Shown here piece by piece: positions 17,129 to 26,898 of a stretch of DNA of 64,000 nt. Positions within the stretch are counted from its first letter, which is position 1, and each line of letters opens with the position of its first letter. Made by a program: the position numbers and the translations under genes. Under the pieces are notes generated by a model. It was not told the DNA's origin and ran no database searches. It worked only from the letters and a program-made list of their open reading frames with translations. The stretch comes from Anaerolineaceae bacterium UBA6107 (GTDB lineage: Bacteria; Chloroflexota; Anaerolineae; Anaerolineales; Anaerolineaceae): positions 34,100 to 98,099 of the forward strand of contig DIWL01000080.1 in NCBI GenBank assembly GCA_002428455.1, written 5' to 3'.

Positions 17129-19909
17129 ATGGAAGAAAAGAAATGGGTTTACCTGTTCAACGAGATCGAACAGGTTGAACAATATGTAAAAAATGACTGG
17201 GAAGGTGTGAGAGGGTTGCTGGGCGGGAAAGGCGCAAATCTGGCCGAGATGGTCCGCATCGGTTTACCTGTTCCTCCTGGATTTACGGCTACCACCGAAG
17301 CTTGTAACGCTTACCAGGAGGCACAGAAATTTCCTGAAGGTATGTGGGAGCAGATGTTGGCGGCTTTGCAGAAGGTTGAAAAAGCCACTGGTAAGAAATT
17401 CGGCTCGGTGAAGAATCCCTTACTGGTCTCTTGCCGTTCAGGCGCGAAATTCTCCATGCCGGGGATGATGGATACGGTCCTCAATATTGGTCTCAACGAC
17501 GAGACAGCCAAAGGCATGGTAAAGCTTACCCAAAATGAACGCTTTGTTTATGACTCTTACCGCCGACTCATCCAAATGTTTGGTTCAGTCGTACTCGGGA
17601 TTGAAGATGAAGCCTTTGAGAAGCACCTTGAGGGTGTCAAACAGATCAAGGGTTACAAATTGGATACACAACTCACCGCCGCTGATCTAAAGGAAATGAT
17701 CGAAGTCTTTAAGAAAGTGATCTTTGATCACAAAGGCTTTGAATTCCCGCAGGATCCGCTCGAGCAACTGAAGCTGGCAACCGAAGCCGTCTTCAAATCC
17801 TGGAATGGCAAACGGGCGGTGGATTATCGCCGCGCCACCAATATCCCGGATGATCTCGGAACAGCCGTAAACATCCAGACGATGGTATTCGGCAACATGG
17901 GTGATGATTCCGGTACTGGCGTAGCCTTTACCCGTAATCCTTCCACTGGTGAGAACAAGCTCTATGGTGATTATCTGCTGAATGCCCAGGGTGAAGATGT
18001 GGTGGCCGGTATTCGCAATACGGAAAAGATCGATAAACTTGGCAAGGATCTACCGGAAGCCAACAAGCAGTTCCTTGAGATCATTAAGAAACTGGAATTG
18101 CATTACCGCGATATGCAGGATGTGGAATTTACCATTGAACATGGCAAACTCTGGATGCTTCAATGTCGAAATGGCAAGCGCACCGCACTCTCAACAGTCA
18201 AGATTGCGATTGACCTGGCCAATGAAGGGATCATTTCCCGCGAGGAAGCGGTGATGCGGGTAACACCCGCTGATGTTGATACACTACTTCACCCCCAATT
18301 TTCAGCGGAGACGAAAGGCTATGCCATCAAGGAAGGCCGCCTCTATGCGACTGGTGTGAATGCTTCTCCAGGCGCCGCGGTCGGTCAGGTCTATTTTGAC
18401 GCGGATACGGTGGAAAAACAGGGCAAAGAGTACGGCGAAGACACGATCATGGTACGTCCGTTCACCAAGCCTGATGATGTGCATGGCATGCTCGCCGCGA
18501 AAGGTATCCTCACCAGTGAGGGTGGTGCAACCTCACATGCTGCTGTAGTCGCACGTCAGTTTGGCGTACCTTGTATCGTGGGTGCTTCGTCTGTAAAGAT
18601 CGATCTCGACAAGCGGATAATGACCGTGAATGGCAATGTGATCAAAGAAGGCGAGTGGATTTCCATTGATGGGACCACTGGTGAAGTGTTTACAGGTAAG
18701 TTACACCTGACCACTCCGAAATTTGAAGAGCAGATTGACCTGCTTAACCTGTTGGGTTGGGCGGATGCCATCTCTGCGACAGAGGGAATTCGCCAGGGGC
18801 CGAAAGGCTGGCCAACCAAAGGGTTGCAGGTTTGGGCAAACGCTGATTATCCTAAAGATGCTGAACGCGCGCGTTCCTATGGCGCGGTCGGGATTGGACT
18901 TTGCCGCACCGAGCATATGTTCTTTGAAACCGAACGCCTGCCGATCGTCCAGAGGATGATCCTGGCGAAGACCAGTGAGGAACGCACCGCTGCCCTGGAT
19001 GAACTGCTGCCATATCAGCGCCAGGATTTCGAAGGTTTGTTCGAGGCGATGAATGGTTATCCGGTGATCATCCGGTTGATCGATCCCCCGCTGCACGAGT
19101 TCCTGCCCTCCGCGGATGAATTGCAGGCCAAGATTATTGCCATGCGCTTGAGCGGAGAGGGTTTGTCAAATTATGTATTGGGTCGGGGTGAACTTAAAGA
19201 AGCTGCTGACCTGAACACCATGCTGGATGCTGTACACTCGCTTCACGAGAGCAATCCAATGATGGGGATGCGTGGTGTGCGCTTGAGCATCTCCATGCCC
19301 GAGATCGTTGAAATGCAGGTAAGGGCGATCTTTGAAGCGGCTGCAAACATGGCGCTAAAAGGAATGAACCCGAAACCCGAGGTCATGATTCCGCTCACCG
19401 GGCATGTCAACGAATTGAAGTGGATCCAACCGCGCCTGGTTCGAATTGCCAAGGCGGTGATGGAAGAGAAGAAGGTTAAATTCGACTACAAATTTGGTAC
19501 CATGATCGAAATTCCGCGTGCCGCAGTGACCGCAGCGGAAATCGCCAGTATGACAGAATTCTTCTCATTTGGTACCAACGACCTCACTCAAATGACATAC
19601 GGATACAGCCGGGACGATGCAGAGCGCAATTTCCTCGTCACTTACATCGACCAGGGAATTCTGCCCAAGAATCCCTTCCAGACACTCGACCAGGAGGGTG
19701 TAGGCAAGCTCATGAGAATGGCTATCCAGGATGGTCGCGCTGAACGGATCAACTTGGAAGTGGGTATCTGCGGTGAGCACGGTGGTGATCCAGCTTCAAT
19801 TGAGTTTTGCCATCGTATCGGTAACAACTATGTTTCCTGTTCACCTTACCGAGTGCCGATCGCCAGGCTGGCTGCAGCGCAGGCTGCCATAAAGAACCGC
19901 ATCAAGTAA
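17129..19909 (+). CDS. ppdK: pyruvate, phosphate dikinase
   Basis: 926 aa. GGKGANLAEM ATP-grasp N-terminus, phospho-His motif GGATSHAAVVARQFG, PEP-utiliser TIM-barrel motifs GLCRTEHMF and GICGEHGGDP. Confidence 0.95.
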   Translation: MEEKKWVYLFNEIEQVEQYVKNDWEGVRGLLGGKGANLAEMVRIGLPVPPGFTATTEACNAYQEAQKFPEGMWEQMLAALQKVEKATGKKFGSVKNPLLVSCRSGAKFSMPGMMDTVLNIGLNDETAKGMVKLTQNERFVYDSYRRLIQMFGSVVLGIEDEAFEKHLEGVKQIKGYKLDTQLTAADLKEMIEVFKKVIFDHKGFEFPQDPLEQLKLATEAVFKSWNGKRAVDYRRATNIPDDLGTAVNIQTMVFGNMGDDSGTGVAFTRNPSTGENKLYGDYLLNAQGEDVVAGIRNTEKIDKLGKDLPEANKQFLEIIKKLELHYRDMQDVEFTIEHGKLWMLQCRNGKRTALSTVKIAIDLANEGIISREEAVMRVTPADVDTLLHPQFSAETKGYAIKEGRLYATGVNASPGAAVGQVYFDADTVEKQGKEYGEDTIMVRPFTKPDDVHGMLAAKGILTSEGGATSHAAVVARQFGVPCIVGASSVKIDLDKRIMTVNGNVIKEGEWISIDGTTGEVFTGKLHLTTPKFEEQIDLLNLLGWADAISATEGIRQGPKGWPTKGLQVWANADYPKDAERARSYGAVGIGLCRTEHMFFETERLPIVQRMILAKTSEERTAALDELLPYQRQDFEGLFEAMNGYPVIIRLIDPPLHEFLPSADELQAKIIAMRLSGEGLSNYVLGRGELKEAADLNTMLDAVHSLHESNPMMGMRGVRLSISMPEIVEMQVRAIFEAAANMALKGMNPKPEVMIPLTGHVNELKWIQPRLVRIAKAVMEEKKVKFDYKFGTMIEIPRAAVTAAEIASMTEFFSFGTNDLTQMTYGYSRDDAERNFLVTYIDQGILPKNPFQTLDQEGVGKLMRMAIQDGRAERINLEVGICGEHGGDPASIEFCHRIGNNYVSCSPYRVPIARLAAAQAAIKNRIK

Positions 19910-19920
19910 ATCCTCATTAA

Positions 19921-19958
19921 GATAATAAAACTCCCCGTTGCAGGGGAGTTTTATTATC
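19921..19958. terminator. bidirectional hairpin terminator between ppdK and the convergent transglycosylase gene
   Basis: 16-bp perfect stem GATAATAAAACTCCCC / GGGGAGTTTTATTATC with a 6-nt loop. Confidence 0.6.
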
Positions 19959-19960
19959 TT

Positions 19961-22363
19961 CTAGGGATGCGTGTACAGGCTTTTGTAGATTTCGTAGTTT
20001 TCAGTAATGTACTTGATATAGTTTCTGGTCTCATCGAACCGGATCAATTCCACGAACAGGTCCGTATCGTCTCCAGCCAATTCCTTCCAGATGATCGTAT
20101 TACCATCTCCGGCGTTGTACGATGATAACGCTGCGGCAACATCGCCATTGTACTTGTCGATCCACAGATCCAGATAATGAGCGCCGAGGCGAATGTTGAC
20201 ACTGGGACGATCGAGATCGGCCGATGTGTAGTTTTCCGGCCAGCCAAAGTTGGCGACGATATAATCACCGGTGTCCGGAGTGATCTGCATCAATCCTCGC
20301 GCACCGGCGCTTGATGTGATGCTGGCATCGAAAAGGCTTTCCTGGCGGATGATGCTGAATAATAATAATGGATCCAGATCATTCTCAACCGCAGCAGGTA
20401 CTACAATGTCCCGGTAGAAGATGCCAAACCGGACGTGATTGAAATACTCAGGTGCTTCTGTGAGCGTGGCTTCCTGGCTTAACCCTGCCAGATCGAGAAT
20501 CTGGCGGCTGGTAAGCGCAGCGGTTTGATAAAAACCAAGTTCCACCAAATGATTCATCAACCGGTAGGAATTTACCACATCACCCTGTAATTCCTGCCTG
20601 AGCAGTTCAAATTCAGTGCGGGCTTTGTCACGCATGCCCAGTTTCCAGAACTCCTCACCACGTTTATATAGCGGATTACTAGAGAGTTCATCGAGGGAAT
20701 CGAGATCCAGGGTTTGCTCCAGAGAAAACCGATTTCTCAACCACTTGCCGGCTGCCTTTTTTTCCTTATTCAGATCGATCGAAAAATCTGCGGTTTTCTG
20801 GGTAGAAAAAGGAGCCCTGCCAGAAATTTTTTGTTGCGCGCGAATGCCGTAATAACCGGTGGGATCTGCATCAGCCGTCTGTTGATAATACACCCTGGCT
20901 TCAGTATTTTCCTCTGCTTCGTAACACTTAGCCACCCAGAAATTCGCTGTAGCAATTTCCTCCTGGGTTGTGGCCAACACCAAGAGCCGTTGGAACGTCA
21001 ATCTGGCATCAGGAAAACGCTGCAACCTGTAGTTAACAATACCAGATTGGAATAATGCCGGGTAGGCCAATTCAGAGGCAGGATATTCATTGAATATCCT
21101 GGTCCAGGTTTTTGAGGCTTTGGAAAGATACCCGCCAATTTCATAGATCTTCCCCGCCGTATTCAGAAACTCGGGTGCTTCAGGTGAAGCCGGGTAAGTG
21201 GCGACGTATCGCAACAGGTTTTCCGCGGCACCTTCATAATCTTCGTAATAGCGCCATAATGAGGATGATTTTTCCTGGTAGGCGGTCGGCAGATACTGGT
21301 CGGCAGGATGATTTTCGATCAATTGGTCCCATGCGGCAAGTTCACCATCGTAATCCCCTACATTCCATAAACTGAGCGCTTTGTAATAAAGCGGGGTACC
21401 GTCATGATCAGGGTGCTCACTCATGAAGCGATCCATAGCGATCACGGTGAGACCGTATTGCCCGGCGTAATAATCCACGATCCCGCGTAACAAATCATCC
21501 ACAGGTTGATTGGCTTCAACCAGTGCGATTAGACCGGAATAGGAGTCAAAATATGCCGGAAAACGGATCACATTATCCTGGAATCGGGCGTAAGCTTGTT
21601 CATACATACCCAGTCCCAGGTAAAGTTGCCCCAGTAGAAAATTTGCCTGCACCTGAACTGGTTCGGATGCACTGCCCTCGATCAGTGACAGATAGCGGTT
21701 GATAGCGTCTTCATTGTCGCCCGCATCCACGGCTGCCCGCGCTGCCTTGATTTCGAGCGATCCCATCCTCGCTTGAGTGGCAACTGATTTTGCAGCAAGA
21801 AATGCATCCCTGGCTTTGCCTGGTTCACCTGCCAGTAACAGGGCATCACCTTTCATCTCAAGGATCTCGCTGTCCAGCGGACCGGGTTGGCTTTCAACGT
21901 ACTTCCCGTATGCGTCCGCTGCCAATCCGTATTGCTGCAGACCTTCGTATGCCTGAGCGAGATAGTAATAAGCAGTGTTACGTGCATCTCCTTCGGTAAA
22001 ATTGTCCTGCAGCCAGGTAAGCTGTTCAATCGCGCCATTATAATCGGCTTGCAGTAGGAGGATGCGCCCCACGCCCAGTTGCGCCGTGGCGATCACGTCG
22101 GGGTCGGTGGATTGTTCGCGGGCCGTCCAAAACTCACTGAGGGCGCTTTTATAATCCCCATACAAAATGTCCTGCTGTCCGATGGTGATCCTGGCTTTTG
22201 GTTGTGGTGTAGGTGTGTTGGTAGGCGTTGGTGAGGGAATGATTTTCGTTGGTCCGGAGACTACGATTTCTCCACCCTTGTCACTACTGTCCGGGTTGTT
22301 TGGACCACAGGATGTGAGAAGTAATACGACGATAATTATTATTATGCCCCAACGTTTGTTCAT
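19961..22363 (-). CDS. lipoprotein with TPR repeats and C-terminal SLT-type lytic transglycosylase domain
   Basis: 800 aa. Signal/lipobox LLLTSCGP, PT-rich linker, many TPR-like repeats, and SLT catalytic region SIIRQESLFDASITSSAGARGLMQITPDTG. Confidence 0.8.
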   Translation of the reverse strand: MNKRWGIIIIIVVLLLTSCGPNNPDSSDKGGEIVVSGPTKIIPSPTPTNTPTPQPKARITIGQQDILYGDYKSALSEFWTAREQSTDPDVIATAQLGVGRILLLQADYNGAIEQLTWLQDNFTEGDARNTAYYYLAQAYEGLQQYGLAADAYGKYVESQPGPLDSEILEMKGDALLLAGEPGKARDAFLAAKSVATQARMGSLEIKAARAAVDAGDNEDAINRYLSLIEGSASEPVQVQANFLLGQLYLGLGMYEQAYARFQDNVIRFPAYFDSYSGLIALVEANQPVDDLLRGIVDYYAGQYGLTVIAMDRFMSEHPDHDGTPLYYKALSLWNVGDYDGELAAWDQLIENHPADQYLPTAYQEKSSSLWRYYEDYEGAAENLLRYVATYPASPEAPEFLNTAGKIYEIGGYLSKASKTWTRIFNEYPASELAYPALFQSGIVNYRLQRFPDARLTFQRLLVLATTQEEIATANFWVAKCYEAEENTEARVYYQQTADADPTGYYGIRAQQKISGRAPFSTQKTADFSIDLNKEKKAAGKWLRNRFSLEQTLDLDSLDELSSNPLYKRGEEFWKLGMRDKARTEFELLRQELQGDVVNSYRLMNHLVELGFYQTAALTSRQILDLAGLSQEATLTEAPEYFNHVRFGIFYRDIVVPAAVENDLDPLLLFSIIRQESLFDASITSSAGARGLMQITPDTGDYIVANFGWPENYTSADLDRPSVNIRLGAHYLDLWIDKYNGDVAAALSSYNAGDGNTIIWKELAGDDTDLFVELIRFDETRNYIKYITENYEIYKSLYTHP

Positions 22364-22484
22364 GTCCCTTTTATACTGGAGGTTACCTGGTACGTCAACT
22401 CATTGCATGGGAATAAGGAGAACTGACAATCAATCTGATGAACCAGTTTCATCCATTGGAGTTGCTCAATGCACTGGCAGCCAG

Positions 22485-22513
22485 GGAATTCCTCCCGGAA
22501 TTCCTCCCGGAAT
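22485..22513. repeat. tandem 12-bp repeat (GGAATTCCTCCC x2 plus a partial copy)
   Basis: Exact copies at 22485-22496 and 22497-22508, plus partial GGAAT at 22509-22513. Each copy contains the GAATTC palindrome. Confidence 0.9.
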
Positions 22514-22554
22514 ATTGCGATTCCATTTAATCCATGTTAAACTTAGTCGGAAGG

Positions 22555-22579
22555 AACGCTCTCCACGAGGGCGTTTTTT
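22555..22579 (+). terminator. terminator-like hairpin plus U-tract 7 nt upstream of the mtnA start codon
   Basis: AACGCTCTC-CAC-GAGGGCGTT (9 bp including one G-U) followed by TTTT(TT). Confidence 0.4.
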
Positions 22580-22585
22580 AGTGAG

Positions 22586-23644
22586 ATGCGCACGATAGAA
22601 TGGATCCAAGAAACCAACCATGTCCGCATGATCGACCAGCGGCGATTACCGACTTCTTTGGAGTATCTGACCATCGAGGATGCCGGGCAAATGGCCTCAG
22701 CTATCCGTGAAATGGCCATTCGAGGTGCACCAGCCCTGGGGGTTGCAGGGGCATTCGGAATCGCGCTGCAGGCAGTAAAGTCTCAAAATCTTGACCGTAC
22801 AGCACTGAAAGATCAACTCAAGCAGGCAGCTGCAGAATTGATTGCTGCCCGGCCAACTGCGGTTAACTTGTCCTGGGGAGTCAACCAGGTGATCTCCGTG
22901 TTGGATGATGCAGTCATGTCCAGTGAGGATGTGACCCGGAAAATTATAACCAGAGCACTGGAGCTGGCCGAGGAGGATGTGCGCACCAACTTGCGTTTGG
23001 CCGAACAAGGCGCCAGCCTGATCACTGACGGAGATACGATCATCCATCACTGTAATACCGGTTCGCTTGCCGTTGTGGATTGGGGGACTGCGCTGGGAGC
23101 AATCCGGTTCGCGCATGAACAGGGAAAACGCATTCATATTCTGGTCGATGAGACCCGACCGAGGTTGCAGGGCTCACGCCTGACCGCGTGGGAATGTGAA
23201 CAATACGGCATCCCTTACGATATCATCACGGACAACATGGCCGGTTACTTTCTACGCAGCGGGAAGGTTCAAAAGGTATTCTTTGGTGCTGATCGTGTGG
23301 CAGCCAACGGAGATGTGGTCAACAAGATCGGCACTTATATGCTCAGCCTGGCGGCGCATGCAAACCGTGTCCCGGTTGTTTGTGTCTTTCCTCTCTCAAC
23401 GCTCGATCTCTCGCTTGCCAATGGAGACCTGATTCCCATTGAACAACGGGATACACGCGAAGTACTTGATCTGCTTGTTGGCGGGGAGCCTGTGGCTCCA
23501 GCGCGTGCTACTGCCTTAAATCCGGCATTTGATATCACACCCCACGATTTGATCGACGCCTGGGTGACCGAGGCTGGTGTGATCACCCCGCCATTTTATG
23601 AAAACAGCGCCCGATACAGTTATAATCGAAGGTTGGGAAAATAA
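22586..23644 (+). CDS. mtnA: S-methyl-5-thioribose-1-phosphate isomerase (eIF-2B alpha/beta/delta family)
   Basis: 352 aa. MIDQRRLP start region, IRGAPALG, TRPRLQGSRLTAWE and GADRVAANGD motifs of MtnA. Confidence 0.85.
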   Translation: MRTIEWIQETNHVRMIDQRRLPTSLEYLTIEDAGQMASAIREMAIRGAPALGVAGAFGIALQAVKSQNLDRTALKDQLKQAAAELIAARPTAVNLSWGVNQVISVLDDAVMSSEDVTRKIITRALELAEEDVRTNLRLAEQGASLITDGDTIIHHCNTGSLAVVDWGTALGAIRFAHEQGKRIHILVDETRPRLQGSRLTAWECEQYGIPYDIITDNMAGYFLRSGKVQKVFFGADRVAANGDVVNKIGTYMLSLAAHANRVPVVCVFPLSTLDLSLANGDLIPIEQRDTREVLDLLVGGEPVAPARATALNPAFDITPHDLIDAWVTEAGVITPPFYENSARYSYNRRLGK

Positions 23645-23647
23645 CCT

Positions 23648-24604
23648 ATGTCAATATTGATCAGTGGTTCTGTTGCGTTCGATTACCTGATGACTTTTCC
23701 AGGCTACTTCCGGGAGAACATCCTGCCGGAAAAACTGGACAAGATCAGCCTCTCTTTCCTGGTGGATAGCATGACCCGCCAGCGCGGCGGATGCGCACCG
23801 AACATCGCCTATTCAATGGCGCTGCTAGGTGAAAAACCCAAAGTCTTTGCCACTACCGGCATTGATTTTGCTGATTACCGGCGATGGATGGAAGACCACG
23901 GGATCGATGCGCAGTATGTTCATGACATACCCGATAAATATACTGCGTCATTCTTTGTAAATACTGATTTGGAAAACAATCAGATCGCCAGTTTTTACAC
24001 CGGCGCCATGGCAGATGCCGGACTGTATTCCTTAAAGGACATCCCGCAAGGGGAGATCGATTACGTGGTGATCTCTCCCAATGATCCTACGGCGATGCGC
24101 CGGCTCACTGATGAGTGTGTAGAACTGGGCATCCCGTATCTCTTTGATCCTTCTCAACAGGTGGCGCGGAATCCGCATGAAGACTTGCGTGCCGGGGTAA
24201 AAGACGCACATGCTGTTTTCTGTAATGAATACGAGTTTGACTTGCTGGTAAAACACACCGGCTACACGGCGCAGCAAATTGACCGGCACGTGCGGCTGAT
24301 GGTCATTACAAAGGGTGAAAAAGGAGCCACCATCAAGTCGGATGAGCGTGAATACGTTATTCCGATCGTACCGGCGCACAAGATCGTGGATCCAACCGGG
24401 GTGGGAGATGCCTTCAGGGGTGGTTTCCTGAGGGGGTACCGCCTGGGTCTGGATCTGCAGACTTGCGGGCAAATGGGGGCACTCTCTGCCACCTATTGCC
24501 TTGAACAAAAGGGAACTACCAACCATACATACACACCGCAGGAATATATCGCGCGCTATCGTGAGCATTTCGACGATGAAGGCGCGTTGGATATTTTAAT
24601 CTGA
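23648..24604 (+). CDS. PfkB-family carbohydrate/nucleoside kinase (adenosine kinase-like)
   Basis: 318 aa. C-terminal [14 protein letters not shown] PfkB signature. Sits between mtnA and ahcY. Confidence 0.7.
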   Translation: MSILISGSVAFDYLMTFPGYFRENILPEKLDKISLSFLVDSMTRQRGGCAPNIAYSMALLGEKPKVFATTGIDFADYRRWMEDHGIDAQYVHDIPDKYTASFFVNTDLENNQIASFYTGAMADAGLYSLKDIPQGEIDYVVISPNDPTAMRRLTDECVELGIPYLFDPSQQVARNPHEDLRAGVKDAHAVFCNEYEFDLLVKHTGYTAQQIDRHVRLMVITKGEKGATIKSDEREYVIPIVPAHKIVDPTGVGDAFRGGFLRGYRLGLDLQTCGQMGALSATYCLEQKGTTNHTYTPQEYIARYREHFDDEGALDILI

Positions 24605-24629
24605 TCAATTTACTTTTTTTGGAGGAAAG

Positions 24630-25889
24630 ATGCCGAATTATGATGTTAAGGATATGAAACTGGCCGAAGGCGGACGCCTGAAGATCGATTGGGCGGAAAG
24701 AGAAATGCCGGTACTACGCCAGATCAAGGAGCGTTTCTCTCGTGAGTTGCCACTAAAAGGAATGCGCATATCGGCGTGTTTACATGTGACGACTGAAACA
24801 GCCAACCTGATGAAAACGTTGCAGGCAGGCGGAGCGGATGTGGTACTTACCGCGTCGAATCCGCTTTCCACACAGGATGAGATTGCAGCATCCCTCGTTT
24901 CACATGATGAGATCGAGGTTTACGCCGTCAAGGGCGAAGACAATGTGACCTATTACAAGCACATCAATGCTGCCCTTGATCACAAGCCGCACTTCACCAT
25001 GGATGATGGCGCAGATCTTGTCAATGTGTTGCACCAGCACCGTCGTGAATTGTTGCCCGGTGTGATTGCCGGCACCGAAGAGACCACCACGGGAGTCATC
25101 CGTCTGCATGCAATGGCCGCTGATAAAGCTCTCGCCTATCCGATCGTCGCGATAAATGACGCGTTGACCAAACATCTTTTCGACAATCGTTACGGTACGG
25201 GTCAATCTACCATTGACGGTATCGTCCGTGCAACCAACGTTCTGCTCGCAGGCAAGATCTTTGTTGTGGCAGGATACGGTTGGTGCGGTCGTGGTTTGGC
25301 TTCAAGGGCGCGCGGCATGGGGGCAAGTGTTGTCGTCACAGAAGTTGATCCGCTGAAAGCACTTGAAGCGGTGATGGATGGCTTCAGGGTGATGCCCATG
25401 GATGAAGCGGCTAAAATCGGTGATATTCTGGTGACACTGACTGGTGATATTAATGTCATTGACGATCATCATTTTGATTTGATGAAAGACGGTGCGATCG
25501 TCGCCAATTCTGGCCATTTCAACGTTGAGATCAACATCCCGGCGCTGGAAAAGAAATCAAAGAGTAAACGCCTCGTACGACCATTTGTCGATGAATACAT
25601 TACCAGTGACAACAGGCGCGTTTTCATCCTGGGTGAGGGAAGACTGATCAACCTGGCTTCGGCTGAAGGGCATCCTGCTTCTGTAATGGATATGTCCTTT
25701 GCCAACCAGGCGCTCACACTTGAGTACCTGGTAAAAAACGCCTCCAAACTTGAGAAGCGCGTCTATTCGGTGCCGGAAGAGATTGACAAGCAAATAGCCG
25801 AATTAAAACTCGCCGCGATGGGTGTCAGTATCGATACACTAACGAATGAGCAGGTCAGATACCTTGCCTCATGGCAGGAAGGCACATAA
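24630..25889 (+). CDS. ahcY: adenosylhomocysteinase
   Basis: 419 aa. [23 protein letters not shown]-terminus, NAD-binding [10 protein letters not shown], overall SAH hydrolase pattern. Confidence 0.95.
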   Translation: MPNYDVKDMKLAEGGRLKIDWAEREMPVLRQIKERFSRELPLKGMRISACLHVTTETANLMKTLQAGGADVVLTASNPLSTQDEIAASLVSHDEIEVYAVKGEDNVTYYKHINAALDHKPHFTMDDGADLVNVLHQHRRELLPGVIAGTEETTTGVIRLHAMAADKALAYPIVAINDALTKHLFDNRYGTGQSTIDGIVRATNVLLAGKIFVVAGYGWCGRGLASRARGMGASVVVTEVDPLKALEAVMDGFRVMPMDEAAKIGDILVTLTGDINVIDDHHFDLMKDGAIVANSGHFNVEINIPALEKKSKSKRLVRPFVDEYITSDNRRVFILGEGRLINLASAEGHPASVMDMSFANQALTLEYLVKNASKLEKRVYSVPEEIDKQIAELKLAAMGVSIDTLTNEQVRYLASWQEGT

Positions 25890-25898
25890 AAATGATGA

Positions 25899-25924
25899 CG
25901 GAGCCGCAAGGCTCCGATTTTCTA
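25899..25924. terminator. hairpin terminator between convergent ahcY and the C39-like gene
   Basis: CGGAGCC-GCAA-GGCTCCG (GNRA loop) followed by ATTTTCT. Confidence 0.6.
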
Positions 25925-25926
25925 CT

Positions 25927-26898
25927 CTATTTGGCAATGATGGCCATGTTGCCGAGCACTCCCCAGGAGTCCAAGAAGGCTGCGGTAGAGCGCCAATACA
26001 CCAGGTTATTATCCACAAGTGTGACCCCCTCCTCGTCATAACCGACCATGATCGCGGTGTGCTCGAAGTGGGCCACTGTAACCGTTGACCCATCACTTGC
26101 GGTGTAATCAACCGGTACGCCATACCAAACATTTCCGATCACCCAGACGATCACCGGGTTGCCGTTAGAGACCTGTTTCTTTAGCTTTTCAAAGGAATAT
26201 CCTCTAACCGCAGTGGCTGTCAGACCATATTCACGAAGAACACTGGCTACTGGGGGAGCATGCACGCCATAGGGATTTGGCGGTATCTGACCGGGGAAGC
26301 CACCGATCGGTCCGACAAAGCCGATTTCAGGATTGTCGGAGACAGGCAGTGCTGCCTGGAAATCCATCTCATTGATGGATGTTCCGAAGTAACGCGCCCA
26401 ATCCACTGCGGACCGCGATTCGCAAGTGAGCGAATAGGATTGGGCGTAACCGATCACGCCATCGATGGATGCTGATGCTGGAGATTCGTCTTCTGTGCGT
26501 TGAGTAGATGTGCTGGTGGGAATGGGTAGCGGGGTATTTGTTGGCAGGGGGGTCGGGGTAGACGTTGAGGTTGGTGTGATGGTGGGTGTAGGTGTGTTCG
26601 TGGAAGTGGCGGTCGGGGTGGGCGTATTGGTCGGCAAAGGCTGAAATGGGGTGGGCGAATTGGTGAGTGATATATTGTCCAGGCGTTTTATCTCGATTGT
26701 GTTGCTAACGATCCCAAACGCCGAAGCATCGAATCCGGACAGACCGGAAGAGAGAAAAGCCACCCCGCCGATCAACAAAAACAGCGCGCAAACAAAGAAC
26801 GCCAGCAGGACGATGAGGAGTTGTTTGGTTTTCCCGGTTCTCACCAGTAGTCCATTGAGTGTCAGGGAGTGATTACGGCAATTGAAATCGTAAGCCAC
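25927..26898 (-). CDS. membrane-anchored peptidase C39-like (YvpB/BtrH-like) domain protein with PT-rich linker
   Basis: 323 aa. N-terminal TM helix, roughly 45-aa Pro/Thr linker, and a C-terminal domain with a candidate catalytic Cys in YAQSYSLTCESRSAV and HFEHTAIMVGYD. Confidence 0.6.
   Translation of the reverse strand: MAYDFNCRNHSLTLNGLLVRTGKTKQLLIVLLAFFVCALFLLIGGVAFLSSGLSGFDASAFGIVSNTIEIKRLDNISLTNSPTPFQPLPTNTPTPTATSTNTPTPTITPTSTSTPTPLPTNTPLPIPTSTSTQRTEDESPASASIDGVIGYAQSYSLTCESRSAVDWARYFGTSINEMDFQAALPVSDNPEIGFVGPIGGFPGQIPPNPYGVHAPPVASVLREYGLTATAVRGYSFEKLKKQVSNGNPVIVWVIGNVWYGVPVDYTASDGSTVTVAHFEHTAIMVGYDEEGVTLVDNNLVYWRSTAAFLDSWGVLGNMAIIAK

Noticed and set aside
22364-22585. SAM or SAH riboswitch upstream of mtnA
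   Set aside because: I looked for SAM-I (GCAACC / GGUGCUAA / AGAGAUGAG-type cores), SAM-II, SAM-IV, SAM-VI and SAH consensus elements and did not find them. Only a terminator-like hairpin and a tandem repeat are evident.
22167-22598. 143-aa plus-strand ORF spanning the SLT gene start, the intergenic region and the mtnA start
   Set aside because: It overlaps the 5' end of the real minus-strand lipoprotein gene and runs through a repeat and a terminator hairpin. Its composition is not coding-like.
26480-26650. G/T-rich repetitive DNA resembling a tandem repeat or CRISPR-like array
   Set aside because: It encodes the Pro/Thr-rich linker (PTNTPTPTATSTNTPTPT...) of the minus-strand C39-like protein. 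The units are irregular, with no spacer-repeat architecture. Similar PT linkers occur in the SLT, GH3 and bactofilin-like proteins.
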